The translations under genes were made by a program, and so were the position numbers. A DNA stretch of 44,732 bases from Candidatus Woesearchaeota archaeon. Its GTDB lineage: Archaea; Nanobdellota; Nanobdellia; CAZCWL01. Below the pieces are notes generated by a model, which did not search any database, had not been told where the DNA came from, and was given only the letters and a program-made list of their open reading frames with translations. Below, piece by piece: positions 7,308-15,010 of the stretch. The stretch's first letter is position 1; each line of letters starts with the position of its first letter. The stretch covers positions 1 through 44,732 of the forward strand of contig CAZCWL010000001.1 in NCBI GenBank assembly GCA_964502435.1. The letters run 5' to 3'.

Positions 7308-7813
7308 TTCTACTCAGCATCTATGAAGAGTATGTTAAATCTATTAGGGACGGTAAGAAAAGATACGAATTTCGAAAGAGGTATCCACTTAACAAGGAAA
7401 CGCTTGCGTTAATCTACGTCCCTCGCCCTGTTAAAGCAATAACATCATGGGCTCTATTTGGCAAACCAATAACAGGCGGAGTAAGAAAAATGTTAGAGCT
7501 AAAAAGCCCAAAAACCTACGACGAGAAATTATCTCTAATAAAGTATTTTGAAGCCAATAAAAAATGCTACGCCCTCCCAATCCTTAAATTTGGCGATCTC
7601 CAACCACCAATCTTCCTAAACGAGATGGCTAATTATAACATTAAACCACCACAACATATTATTTACCTCCACAAACACCAACAGCTATTAGAACTCGCTG
7701 CCTCTCGATCTCCAGAGTTTTCAGATCTTCTCTCTAAAACTCTAAGAAATCACTACAATTCATCATCTTTCTCTTTTAATAGCGAAGTCAAACACGTCAG
7801 AAATTCTATCTAA
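7301..7813 (+). CDS. ASCH/PUA-like domain protein
   Basis: The N-terminal ILLSIYEEYVKSIRDGKKRYEFRKRYP...LALIYVPRPVKAITSWALFG matches the ASCH pattern (I-x-p-x-y-x-x-I-x-x-G-x-K-x-x-E-x-R ... beta strand). It overlaps the upstream stop by 7 nt (ATGGTAA). Confidence 0.5.
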   Translation: MVILLSIYEEYVKSIRDGKKRYEFRKRYPLNKETLALIYVPRPVKAITSWALFGKPITGGVRKMLELKSPKTYDEKLSLIKYFEANKKCYALPILKFGDLQPPIFLNEMANYNIKPPQHIIYLHKHQQLLELAASRSPEFSDLLSKTLRNHYNSSSFSFNSEVKHVRNSI

Positions 7814-8851
7814 AAAGTATCTATTGACATAGTTGACATGGGGATTATCAAGAGTGGATAAGATAAACTTGGCTCTTCTGATACGCTCATTCATATCTGA
7901 CTTACTACGTTTGATTGCTTCTGTTTTATCAACAATCATCAAAACCTTGTCAACATCTCCTTCTCGAAGGTGTTTTAGCACACTTCTATCCTTTTGAGCT
8001 GCAAGAAGTATAGGGTAAGTAAGTTTACCTTCCTCTATATCATTTTTCTTCTTAAGAAGCTTTTCTGGGCTCTCTAAACCCATAATATCATCCTTTATCT
8101 GAAAGGCTATACCTGCATGCAAACCAGCATAATAAAGTTGACTGTAGTATATTTCAGGAGCGTCTGCAAGTATTGAACCAAATACAAGTGGCCCGCTGAA
8201 GGTATAAACAGCTGTCTTGGATAAATGCACATCCTTAACCAACATGTATAAACTTCTGTATGGTCTTTTCTCTAGATTCATATGAGCAGTATGCACATCA
8301 ATAACTTGACCATAGCCAGTAGTCAGAAGCACATCTGTTACAAACTTAGCAGCTTTGATCCTTCGTTCAAGAGGAAAATCATCAGCTTCAAGTAGAGCCT
8401 TGTATCCAAGATGAGCTAAAATGTTTCCAGCTATCATTGCCATAGACTCCCCAAAATGTTTCGGTGCCCTAAAGCCTTTAGCTTCAGCCTCAAACCTTCT
8501 ATGCATAGAAGGTTCTCCTCTTCTCACATCATCTTCGTCCATAATATCATCATGAATCAGTAGATACGCATGGAAAAGTTCAAGAGACGCAAAAGCTGTT
8601 AAATCTACAGGAAATTCATAATCAAACGTGTAATATCCAAAAATTGAAAGAATCGGCCTTATTCTCTTCCCAGGGCCTTTCGTAAAGCGTGAAGCTTTAT
8701 TGTAGAAAAGGTCAGACTCATATGAGTGAAAGGACGGAAATTCCGAGCTATACATCGGGATAGTTGAAGAAGGGTGTGTAGACGCCAAAAAACGTTCCAA
8801 AGTCTCATCAATCTTCTCCCCATACTCCTTCAGTAATGCCTCAATTTCCAT
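7763..8851 (-). CDS. Polyprenyl (geranylgeranyl) diphosphate synthase
   Basis: First Asp-rich motif LLIHDDIMDEDDVRRG and second motif FQIKDDIMG. Confidence 0.88.
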   Translation of the reverse strand: MEIEALLKEYGEKIDETLERFLASTHPSSTIPMYSSEFPSFHSYESDLFYNKASRFTKGPGKRIRPILSIFGYYTFDYEFPVDLTAFASLELFHAYLLIHDDIMDEDDVRRGEPSMHRRFEAEAKGFRAPKHFGESMAMIAGNILAHLGYKALLEADDFPLERRIKAAKFVTDVLLTTGYGQVIDVHTAHMNLEKRPYRSLYMLVKDVHLSKTAVYTFSGPLVFGSILADAPEIYYSQLYYAGLHAGIAFQIKDDIMGLESPEKLLKKKNDIEEGKLTYPILLAAQKDRSVLKHLREGDVDKVLMIVDKTEAIKRSKSDMNERIRRAKFILSTLDNPHVNYVNRYFLDRISDVFDFAIKRER

Positions 8852-8975
8852 GGCAAATCACGAATATACAGATATAAAAAGATACTGCTAAAAAAAATAA
8901 TCACCAAAGGGTAGTACATACCCAACAACAAGATTTTTATACGTCAAAATTTAATAGTTTTACAAGGTGATAACA

Positions 8976-9251
8976 ATGGACATCCCAACACTTTGGACAA
9001 TGCCAGTGCTGGCCATTTTCTGGCTGTTAGTGGCATCAATGTGGCAGAAGCTAGGATTCAAGTCTAAGATGGGGCTTAAGGTTTTCGTGTTGGGCGCACT
9101 TTGGCTAGTGTTCTACAACACATTTGAAATAATAAACACAGTGTTCCCTAACACCTACTGGAACTACGGACTGCAGCTAGGTGGAGCATTAGCATGGATC
9201 CTAGGCTTGATAGGTGCGCTTTGGATGATGTACGAAGCCCTGTCAAAATAG
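8976..9251 (+). CDS. Small integral membrane protein (3 predicted TM helices), hypothetical
   Basis: Hydrophobic W/L-rich sequence. GGTGAT lies 5 nt upstream of the ATG at 8976 (the tracked start at 8967 is GTG). TTTTTATA lies about 36 nt upstream. Confidence 0.5.
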   Translation: MDIPTLWTMPVLAIFWLLVASMWQKLGFKSKMGLKVFVLGALWLVFYNTFEIINTVFPNTYWNYGLQLGGALAWILGLIGALWMMYEALSK

Positions 9252-9297
9252 AAATTTCTCTTTTTTTTATTTTGTACAATTAATGGCCTAACAAACC

Positions 9298-9633
9298 TCA
9301 AAATACAATGTAACTATCCTCTTCATCAACCAGCTTTTCTCGTGAAGGTTTAAGAAGTTTCTCAATGTCTCCAGCATTGTCATCATATTTGTCATAAAAC
9401 AGACAAACCTCAAGTTTACTCTTAAGCCCATCCTTAGTAGTACGCACTAAGACAGTGCTCTCCCAAAGATGATAAACATAAGCATCATGACAAGTGTCTT
9501 TACTCATTAATACAAGCGCCCCACCAAGAGTAGTAATAGAATTATGCAGTTTATTAGCATTATAATTAAGCAGCACAGGCCCTCTGTAAATCAGCTTCTT
9601 TAGTACATCTCCTCCGTGAATCGAATTTTCCAC
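9298..9633 (-). CDS. Hypothetical protein
   Basis: A long ORF with host-like composition. The only in-frame start near the 5' end is GTG (9633), about 30 nt downstream of TTTAAATAA. No motif recognised. Confidence 0.4.
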   Translation of the reverse strand: MENSIHGGDVLKKLIYRGPVLLNYNANKLHNSITTLGGALVLMSKDTCHDAYVYHLWESTVLVRTTKDGLKSKLEVCLFYDKYDDNAGDIEKLLKPSREKLVDEEDSYIVF

Positions 9634-9713
9634 GCTACAGTAGTCAATATTTAATTATTTAAACGTTTCTACAAAACAGCACTAGAAAGCTTTAAATATA
9701 GATAACATTAAGT

Positions 9714-10004
9714 ATGCTCACCAAATTAAAAGGGGTGAAAAAGTTGAGAAGATTTAGACAAAATGGAAACAGACCTGAGTTCAAAACCATGAAAATTTTT
9801 GAGAAGAAATACGGAGAGGAAGAGAAAAACTTCATAGAGGTTGCATTAAAGGAAGCAAAAACAGAAGAAGGATCCAATGTGTTCTTTTCGATAGCAAAAG
9901 GATACTATGACAGAGAAGGAAACAAGAAGTACAAGAACTCTCTTGGATTCAACGCAAGTGAAGAACTGAAAAAGTTTGTTATAGAATCCTTTAGCCAGCT
10001 GTAA
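9714..10004 (+). CDS. Hypothetical small basic protein (possibly PC4/YdbC-like ssDNA-binding fold)
   Basis: TATA-like TTTAAATA lies 23 nt upstream of the ATG, suggesting a leaderless mRNA. FIEVALKEAKTEEGSNVFFSIAKGYYDREGNKKYKNSLGF loosely resembles the PC4/YdbC core. The resemblance is weak. Confidence 0.35.
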   Translation: MLTKLKGVKKLRRFRQNGNRPEFKTMKIFEKKYGEEEKNFIEVALKEAKTEEGSNVFFSIAKGYYDREGNKKYKNSLGFNASEELKKFVIESFSQL

Positions 10005-10058
10005 TGGCTTTTTATTTTTATTAGTAAAGTATAAAATGGTTAAACAGCTAATAATATC

Positions 10059-11129
10059 ATGTTTTTAGACGCAATTAGGGGTAAAGGAAAAAAAAGCAAG
10101 AAGAAAAAAGAAGAAAAGAAAAAACCTGCTGAAAATAAGCATGATCACGCTGAAAAACAAAAAGTAGCTACCATAAATAAAAAGGTTGAAGATGTTGAGA
10201 AGAAGGTTGAAGATATTAAAAACAAACTGAAGGATATTATTTCTAAAGACGAACTTAAAGCTATAAAATCTAAACTGGAAAGCTTAGACAAGCAAGTAGA
10301 CAGAATAGAAGACATGGATAAAAAAATAAAAGAAAAGTATGAGGTTATAGAGTCCGCTGAAAGGAAACTTGGAAAAACAATAGAGGCAGTTGACAAACAG
10401 ATAGACAAGTTTGAAAAGCAGATAGATAAAATCATTGAAATAATTGAGAAGACAAAAGAAAGCGTTAAACGTGTGATAAAAGAGAACATTGAATTAAGAA
10501 AAGACATAGACCACATAAAAAAGGAGAATGAGAGAATACTAGAAGATCATTCAGAAATGAAGACATGGTACAAGGATTTAAAATCCAGAGGAAAAGAGTT
10601 AGACAATCTCATAGAGAGATACAAGAAAGAGATAGAGATGTTCACTCAAGAGGTAGCAGACACTAAAACGATGGTTAAAGAGTTAACAGAAAGAGTGGCA
10701 AAGAGCGAAACAGACATAAGATCAGACATGTATGGACTAAACCAAGCATTAAAGGACGAATTAAAGAAAGATCTAAGTAAGAAGATGTTAATGATGTATG
10801 ATGACGTAGTAAAAGCTGCAAAAAAGAACCTCGCAAAATCTTATTTTGCTGTGCTGATGTATGCCTTAACACTAATACGCCACGAAAAAAATTACGACGT
10901 CCTGCTATCCCAACTACAGTACATCGAATCGCTAGTTTACTCTCTAAAACACGAAGGCCTTATAGATAAGTACGTGCAAAAACAAATACTATCAGCCTAC
11001 GAAGGAATGAAAGCAAAGTACGAGAAAGATCCAAAGATGGAAAAGTTGTTTGACATAGCAATAAAAAGAATACTGATAATAATGGAAAAACTACACAGTA
11101 ATGAGACAGAATCTTTTCCTACATTCTAA
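10059..11129 (+). CDS. Lys/Glu-rich coiled-coil protein with a helical C-terminal domain, hypothetical
   Basis: The N-terminus is MFLDAIRGKGKKSKKKK, followed by about 230 aa of heptad-like K/E/I/D sequence. The last ~100 aa are non-repetitive. Confidence 0.5.
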   Translation: MFLDAIRGKGKKSKKKKEEKKKPAENKHDHAEKQKVATINKKVEDVEKKVEDIKNKLKDIISKDELKAIKSKLESLDKQVDRIEDMDKKIKEKYEVIESAERKLGKTIEAVDKQIDKFEKQIDKIIEIIEKTKESVKRVIKENIELRKDIDHIKKENERILEDHSEMKTWYKDLKSRGKELDNLIERYKKEIEMFTQEVADTKTMVKELTERVAKSETDIRSDMYGLNQALKDELKKDLSKKMLMMYDDVVKAAKKNLAKSYFAVLMYALTLIRHEKNYDVLLSQLQYIESLVYSLKHEGLIDKYVQKQILSAYEGMKAKYEKDPKMEKLFDIAIKRILIIMEKLHSNETESFPTF

Positions 11130-12744
11130 CAGCCCTGTAAAGCACACCTATGCCTAATCCCAATAGAAATAGTAGTAAGTACAAGACGTATGAATCTATA
11201 CCAAAAGATCTAGGGATTAACGGTTTATTTCTAATGTGAACTATAATCCCAAGATCATAAGCTATCTGTTCTGTAAAGTAAGCAAACTCTTTAGCGTAAG
11301 TTAAATAAACAACAGCATTGACGTAATCACCATTGTTATAGAATGACTGTGCATATTCAAGATAACTCATAGCCATGATAGGTATAATACCTTTGCGCTG
11401 TTCTTTACAGAGCTTCTCTCTTGTTACATTGATGTCATTGCTGACTTTAATCTTGAGCGTGTTATTATCTAATCCTACAGTCTCCATGTTTATACGGCAT
11501 ATAGCTGTAGCTTGATAAGATTTAAACATAGAATATATGTATCTTCCAGATTGTATCAACTCCTCAGACTGATCCATTAACTGGTCAGCTTTCTCTGGAA
11601 GGAAGGACAGAAACTGTGCGTAGCTACAAACTTCGCGAGCGCGGCTAAGAGCATAGTCTGCAGATGAATAAAGCTCATCTTCATCAAACGATAAATTCCC
11701 ACGGTTAACCATAGAGTACCAAGTGTACACTGTCATTAGTCTTACGTCTGCATATCCAAGACTCTCACATGCAGCAGACTTATTCAATGCATTTATAGCT
11801 TTAGAGGCTTCTTTTATCATCTCATCAGCCTCATACAACCGATCATAAGCAATGGCCAAAATCTCAAAGTCTGTTAAACTATCCACTCCAGACACACTAT
11901 CGAGATCATGTTTCAACTTAAAATAATCTTCAACCACTTTTGACTTATACTTTACTACCTCATCCCATGTGTAGTTCATACACTTATTCTGTTTATCAAG
12001 AATCATAGCTGAAACAGCGTAACTTGAAGCACTGTAATAGTGAGAGAGATTATATTCCTTAAACGCATTAAAAATCTTTTCGTCTGTCTCATTGTATGTT
12101 AAATTAGATAAAAGGTAATCAGCAGACTTTTGCATCACAGTATTAAAAACAGAATAATTTAGAGCACAATGAGTTGACAAATCAACACCAGTAAAGTACT
12201 TGTACGCAGACACGATATCACCAACAGTGTATATTTCTATACCAGTTATATTAGGGGCAGTGTTTATCTCGGGAATAATAAAGAACCTCATCCCAGCTTG
12301 TTTAGCCGCGTACACCTTACTCTCTATACCACCAACAGGACCAACACTTCCATCCAGATTTATAGTCCCTGTCATTACTCCATCTGTTCTCAACGCATCA
12401 CCGTGTAGTTGAGACATTATAGCTACTGTTATCATAGCTCCAGCAGAAGGGCCAGCAACAGCGTACTGGCTCTTATCAAACTTAACATAAATATCATAAT
12501 CAGAGCAGTCAACATTAAGTTCACTACAAGCCACAAAAGCAGCCTCTCTAACAGAAACTTGTGTACTAGGTTCAACCAGAGGATTAACGTCAACAAATAT
12601 AGACCCATTGCCTTGAGTTACAGATATATCTGCCATTATAAGTGTCCCGTTCCCAGAATGCATGTTAACTGCTGGCAAGTATACCTGGACAGCATAAGAA
12701 CTAGTTAAAACAAGCAGAGCCACGATCATAATTAACTTGCGCAT
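11119..12744 (-). CDS. Secreted/membrane-anchored Lon-type (S16) serine protease domain protein without an AAA+ module
   Basis: Signal-like N-terminus MRKLIMIVALLVLTSSYA. S16 motifs VAGPSAGAMITVAI (Ser) and TGTINLDGSVGPVGGIESKVYAAKQAG (Lys). C-terminal TM YVLYLLLFLLGLGIGVLY. GGTG lies 8 nt before the ATG at 12744. Confidence 0.75.
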   Translation of the reverse strand: MRKLIMIVALLVLTSSYAVQVYLPAVNMHSGNGTLIMADISVTQGNGSIFVDVNPLVEPSTQVSVREAAFVACSELNVDCSDYDIYVKFDKSQYAVAGPSAGAMITVAIMSQLHGDALRTDGVMTGTINLDGSVGPVGGIESKVYAAKQAGMRFFIIPEINTAPNITGIEIYTVGDIVSAYKYFTGVDLSTHCALNYSVFNTVMQKSADYLLSNLTYNETDEKIFNAFKEYNLSHYYSASSYAVSAMILDKQNKCMNYTWDEVVKYKSKVVEDYFKLKHDLDSVSGVDSLTDFEILAIAYDRLYEADEMIKEASKAINALNKSAACESLGYADVRLMTVYTWYSMVNRGNLSFDEDELYSSADYALSRAREVCSYAQFLSFLPEKADQLMDQSEELIQSGRYIYSMFKSYQATAICRINMETVGLDNNTLKIKVSNDINVTREKLCKEQRKGIIPIMAMSYLEYAQSFYNNGDYVNAVVYLTYAKEFAYFTEQIAYDLGIIVHIRNKPLIPRSFGIDSYVLYLLLFLLGLGIGVLYRAVRM

Positions 12745-12781
12745 ACTTAACACCTATAACAATGTAAACACTATTACAAAT

Positions 12782-12801
12782 TAAACGTTTCGAAACGTTT
12801 A
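12782..12801. promoter_or_regulatory. 20-bp perfect palindrome in a divergent promoter region
   Basis: TAAACGTTTCGAAACGTTTA equals its own reverse complement. It lies between the divergently transcribed genes starting at 12744 (-) and 12828 (+), and each half abuts an A/T-rich TATA-like run. Confidence 0.6.
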
Positions 12802-12827
12802 TTTAAATCGCGTGCTTATAATAAAGT

Positions 12828-13424
12828 ATGAACCCATTTGAGTCAGAGAAGATAAAAGACATAGTGTATGATGCAATAAATAAGTTTGCACTACCTGTAG
12901 ACAGAGAGAAAATGACCGCTGATGTAAGCAGGAGTATGAGTCAAGATCTTATGAGGACATTAAGCATGGTGTTTAAAAAGTACTTCACAACTCAAAGAAC
13001 AATGAAGGCGCTGATGTATATAGCTGAAAGATTAAGTAACCTCATCGAAGTACAGATAGTTCCAGAGATCCTAGAGATGGAAAGAAACGAAAATGCAAAG
13101 TTAAAAGTTTATATCCAGAACAGATCAGGTATACCCCTTAAGATCAGATTAAGAGTTGAACAAAAAACAGGAGACTCTCCTTTAATATTCGACGTAAAGA
13201 GAGGATTCTCAGACATAAACTATGTTAGAGAAGTACTTATGGACAACATGCAAACAAAACTATTCAGAGTGAACATAAAAACAGATATACTCGGTATGAA
13301 GGATCTAAAAAATCTAAAAGAAAAGGGATTAACAACGTCCACGCTACACATAATAGTCGAGTCACCAGACATAACAGGACTGAGAAAAGGTCCAATACCT
13401 TGCACCATAAATATACACAGGTAG
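12828..13424 (+). CDS. Hypothetical protein (helical N-terminal half, beta-rich C-terminal half)
   Basis: Long ORF with host-like codon usage and an upstream TATA-like TTTATTTAAAT. No motif recognised. Confidence 0.5.
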   Translation: MNPFESEKIKDIVYDAINKFALPVDREKMTADVSRSMSQDLMRTLSMVFKKYFTTQRTMKALMYIAERLSNLIEVQIVPEILEMERNENAKLKVYIQNRSGIPLKIRLRVEQKTGDSPLIFDVKRGFSDINYVREVLMDNMQTKLFRVNIKTDILGMKDLKNLKEKGLTTSTLHIIVESPDITGLRKGPIPCTINIHR

Positions 13425-13429
13425 TAGAA

Positions 13430-13819
13430 ATGGAAGAGCTTCTAATGCCAATGGAGGTAAAACATAAGAGTAGCAAGAAGTGGATTATACTAGTTATTTT
13501 GCTGCTAATTATAGCTGCATGGTACTTCTATCGATCAGAGCACAAAGTAGAATACAGCTTAGAGAGCTTTCACTGTACTAGAACAGGAGCAATCTCAGTA
13601 GTTATAGTAGGAGACATCCCTAATGATTTAACATGGACATTTGATGTGAGATACAACGGTAGTGTATACACAAGAAAGGTATCCCAACCAACAGTAAATG
13701 GTAACAGAGTAGTGCTCAGATGCATTGTAGAAGATTTAAATACAAACGTTGGGGACAAGATAGAGGTAACTCTCAAAAGTGCAATAGGAACAAAGAAGTT
13801 TGAGTGTACAGCGTCCTAA
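13430..13819 (+). CDS. Membrane-anchored small beta-rich protein, hypothetical
   Basis: The ATG at 13430 lies just after the upstream stop (the tracked start at 13400 is TTG and overlaps). TM segment WIILVILLLIIAAWYF, then a Cys-containing extracytoplasmic domain. Confidence 0.45.
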   Translation: MEELLMPMEVKHKSSKKWIILVILLLIIAAWYFYRSEHKVEYSLESFHCTRTGAISVVIVGDIPNDLTWTFDVRYNGSVYTRKVSQPTVNGNRVVLRCIVEDLNTNVGDKIEVTLKSAIGTKKFECTAS

Positions 13820-14073
13820 ACCTTGTAATCGTCTATTAAACACATCATTTTAAACAAAAATCTATTAAGCTCATCTGCTGTAGCCAGTCTAACAACCTTG
13901 TCTTTGTATGTATTAGAAGTTACAACATATGCTCCATCAGATAGCTCTATATCAAACTTTATACCAGATATATGATAAAGCTCAGCTCTATCTCTACCTC
14001 TTCTTCGGAATTGCCATCCTTCAACAAGATTTAAGTCAGGTATAACTTTGAGTCTAACATCTGAATTAACCAT
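13816..14073 (-). CDS. Hypothetical protein (85 aa)
   Basis: The ATG at 14073 is preceded by GGGGGTG 6 nt upstream (the tracked 14082 start is GTG). It overlaps the convergent neighbour by 4 nt. Confidence 0.4.
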   Translation of the reverse strand: MVNSDVRLKVIPDLNLVEGWQFRRRGRDRAELYHISGIKFDIELSDGAYVVTSNTYKDKVVRLATADELNRFLFKMMCLIDDYKV

Positions 14074-14158
14074 ACAACACACACCCCCTGTGATAAGGGC
14101 CTCTACTTATATAAAGATCGCAATTATTTATAAATCTTCCGAAATTACTCACTAGTAA

Positions 14159-14479
14159 TCATGCTTTCCTAAGGAACTCATAAAGATCAACGCCATCGTC
14201 AGGCTTTATCACTTTTTTCGGCTTTAGTACTCTCATTTTTCCGTATCCAAAGTCTGCCACAACATAAAACGGCCAAGATTCTATCTTTGGAAGCATATAC
14301 CCCTTATAATATATTGTACCTCCTGAAGTAGACTTTACCTCAACAAATATAACCTTATTATCCTTTACACAGACAAGATCTGCTATGCCAAAGCTACCAG
14401 TAGCTCTTACAACTAACCACCCATGATCCTCAAAGGCCTTTTTAACCTTCCTCTCAACGTAAGTACCTTTTGTTTTCAT
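14159..14479 (-). CDS. hjc: Holliday junction resolvase Hjc (archaeal PD-(D/E)xK resolvase)
   Basis: KGTYVERKVKKAFEDHGWLVVRATGSFGIADLVCVKDNKVIFVEVKS matches the Hjc signature G-x3-ER ... GS ... D-L ... E-V-K. The ATG at 14479 overlaps the endA stop (ATGA). Confidence 0.8.
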   Translation of the reverse strand: MKTKGTYVERKVKKAFEDHGWLVVRATGSFGIADLVCVKDNKVIFVEVKSTSGGTIYYKGYMLPKIESWPFYVVADFGYGKMRVLKPKKVIKPDDGVDLYEFLRKA

Positions 14480-14976
14480 AAGCTCACCCAATCACACTCA
14501 TAGTAAACAACATCCATCTCATCATCAACAATAGCAACCAACGCCTTCTTTTTAACAGAATGTGTTACCCTAATCATAGAAGCATACTGACTAAGAGGTA
14601 TCCTCTCACTCTCCTTAAAGCAGAACACCAACCAATCAGAATGATGCTTATCAGGCTTCCTACCCTTCTTGTAAACCCGAAAGTCAGCCCCATACTTAAA
14701 AGCTGTCTTAACAATGTAGCCTCTACTCTTCAAATCACTGTAAACAGTGTATTTAACAATGAACGCTTTGTCTGCAACTTTAGATAAAAACTCACTATCT
14801 GTTAACGTCTTGTCTTTGTATTTAACAACTAAACCCTTGCTCATAAGGTAAAAGGCCTCAACAAATGAGAGAACAAGCTTACCACTCATCATCGTGCCAT
14901 AATGCTTACTGTAAAGTCTATTAGCAGATTTACTATCAGTAACAACAACACCACTGCGAGTGAATAAAGCCTCCAT
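14476..14976 (-). CDS. endA: tRNA-splicing endonuclease EndA (short, homotetramer-size subunit)
   Basis: YSDLKSRGYIVKTAFKYGADFRVYKKG...HSDWLV...SVKKKALVA contains the catalytic Tyr/His/Lys context. The ATG at 14976 is preferred to the TTG at 14982. Confidence 0.85.
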   Translation of the reverse strand: MEALFTRSGVVVTDSKSANRLYSKHYGTMMSGKLVLSFVEAFYLMSKGLVVKYKDKTLTDSEFLSKVADKAFIVKYTVYSDLKSRGYIVKTAFKYGADFRVYKKGRKPDKHHSDWLVFCFKESERIPLSQYASMIRVTHSVKKKALVAIVDDEMDVVYYECDWVSL

Positions 14977-15010
14977 AAACAAAAATAAGAAGTAGCAAGT
15001 ATTAAAAGTT

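Noticed and set aside
6046-7813. Possibility that the foreign islet is an integrated mobile element at tRNA-Thr.
   Set aside because: I found no integrase, transposase or plasmid/virus gene, and no direct repeat of the tRNA 3' end at the far boundary by eye. Only compositional evidence for foreign origin remains, so it is reported as an islet and not as a mobile element.
10059-10600. Highly repetitive-looking A/G-rich DNA (aaagaaga... runs), also seen in Rad50 at 29850-30750. It could be mistaken for tandem repeats or a CRISPR-like array.
   Set aside because: The periodicity is that of Lys/Glu-rich coiled-coil codons within long intact ORFs. There are no exact direct repeats separated by unique spacers. 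No CRISPR array is present in the window.
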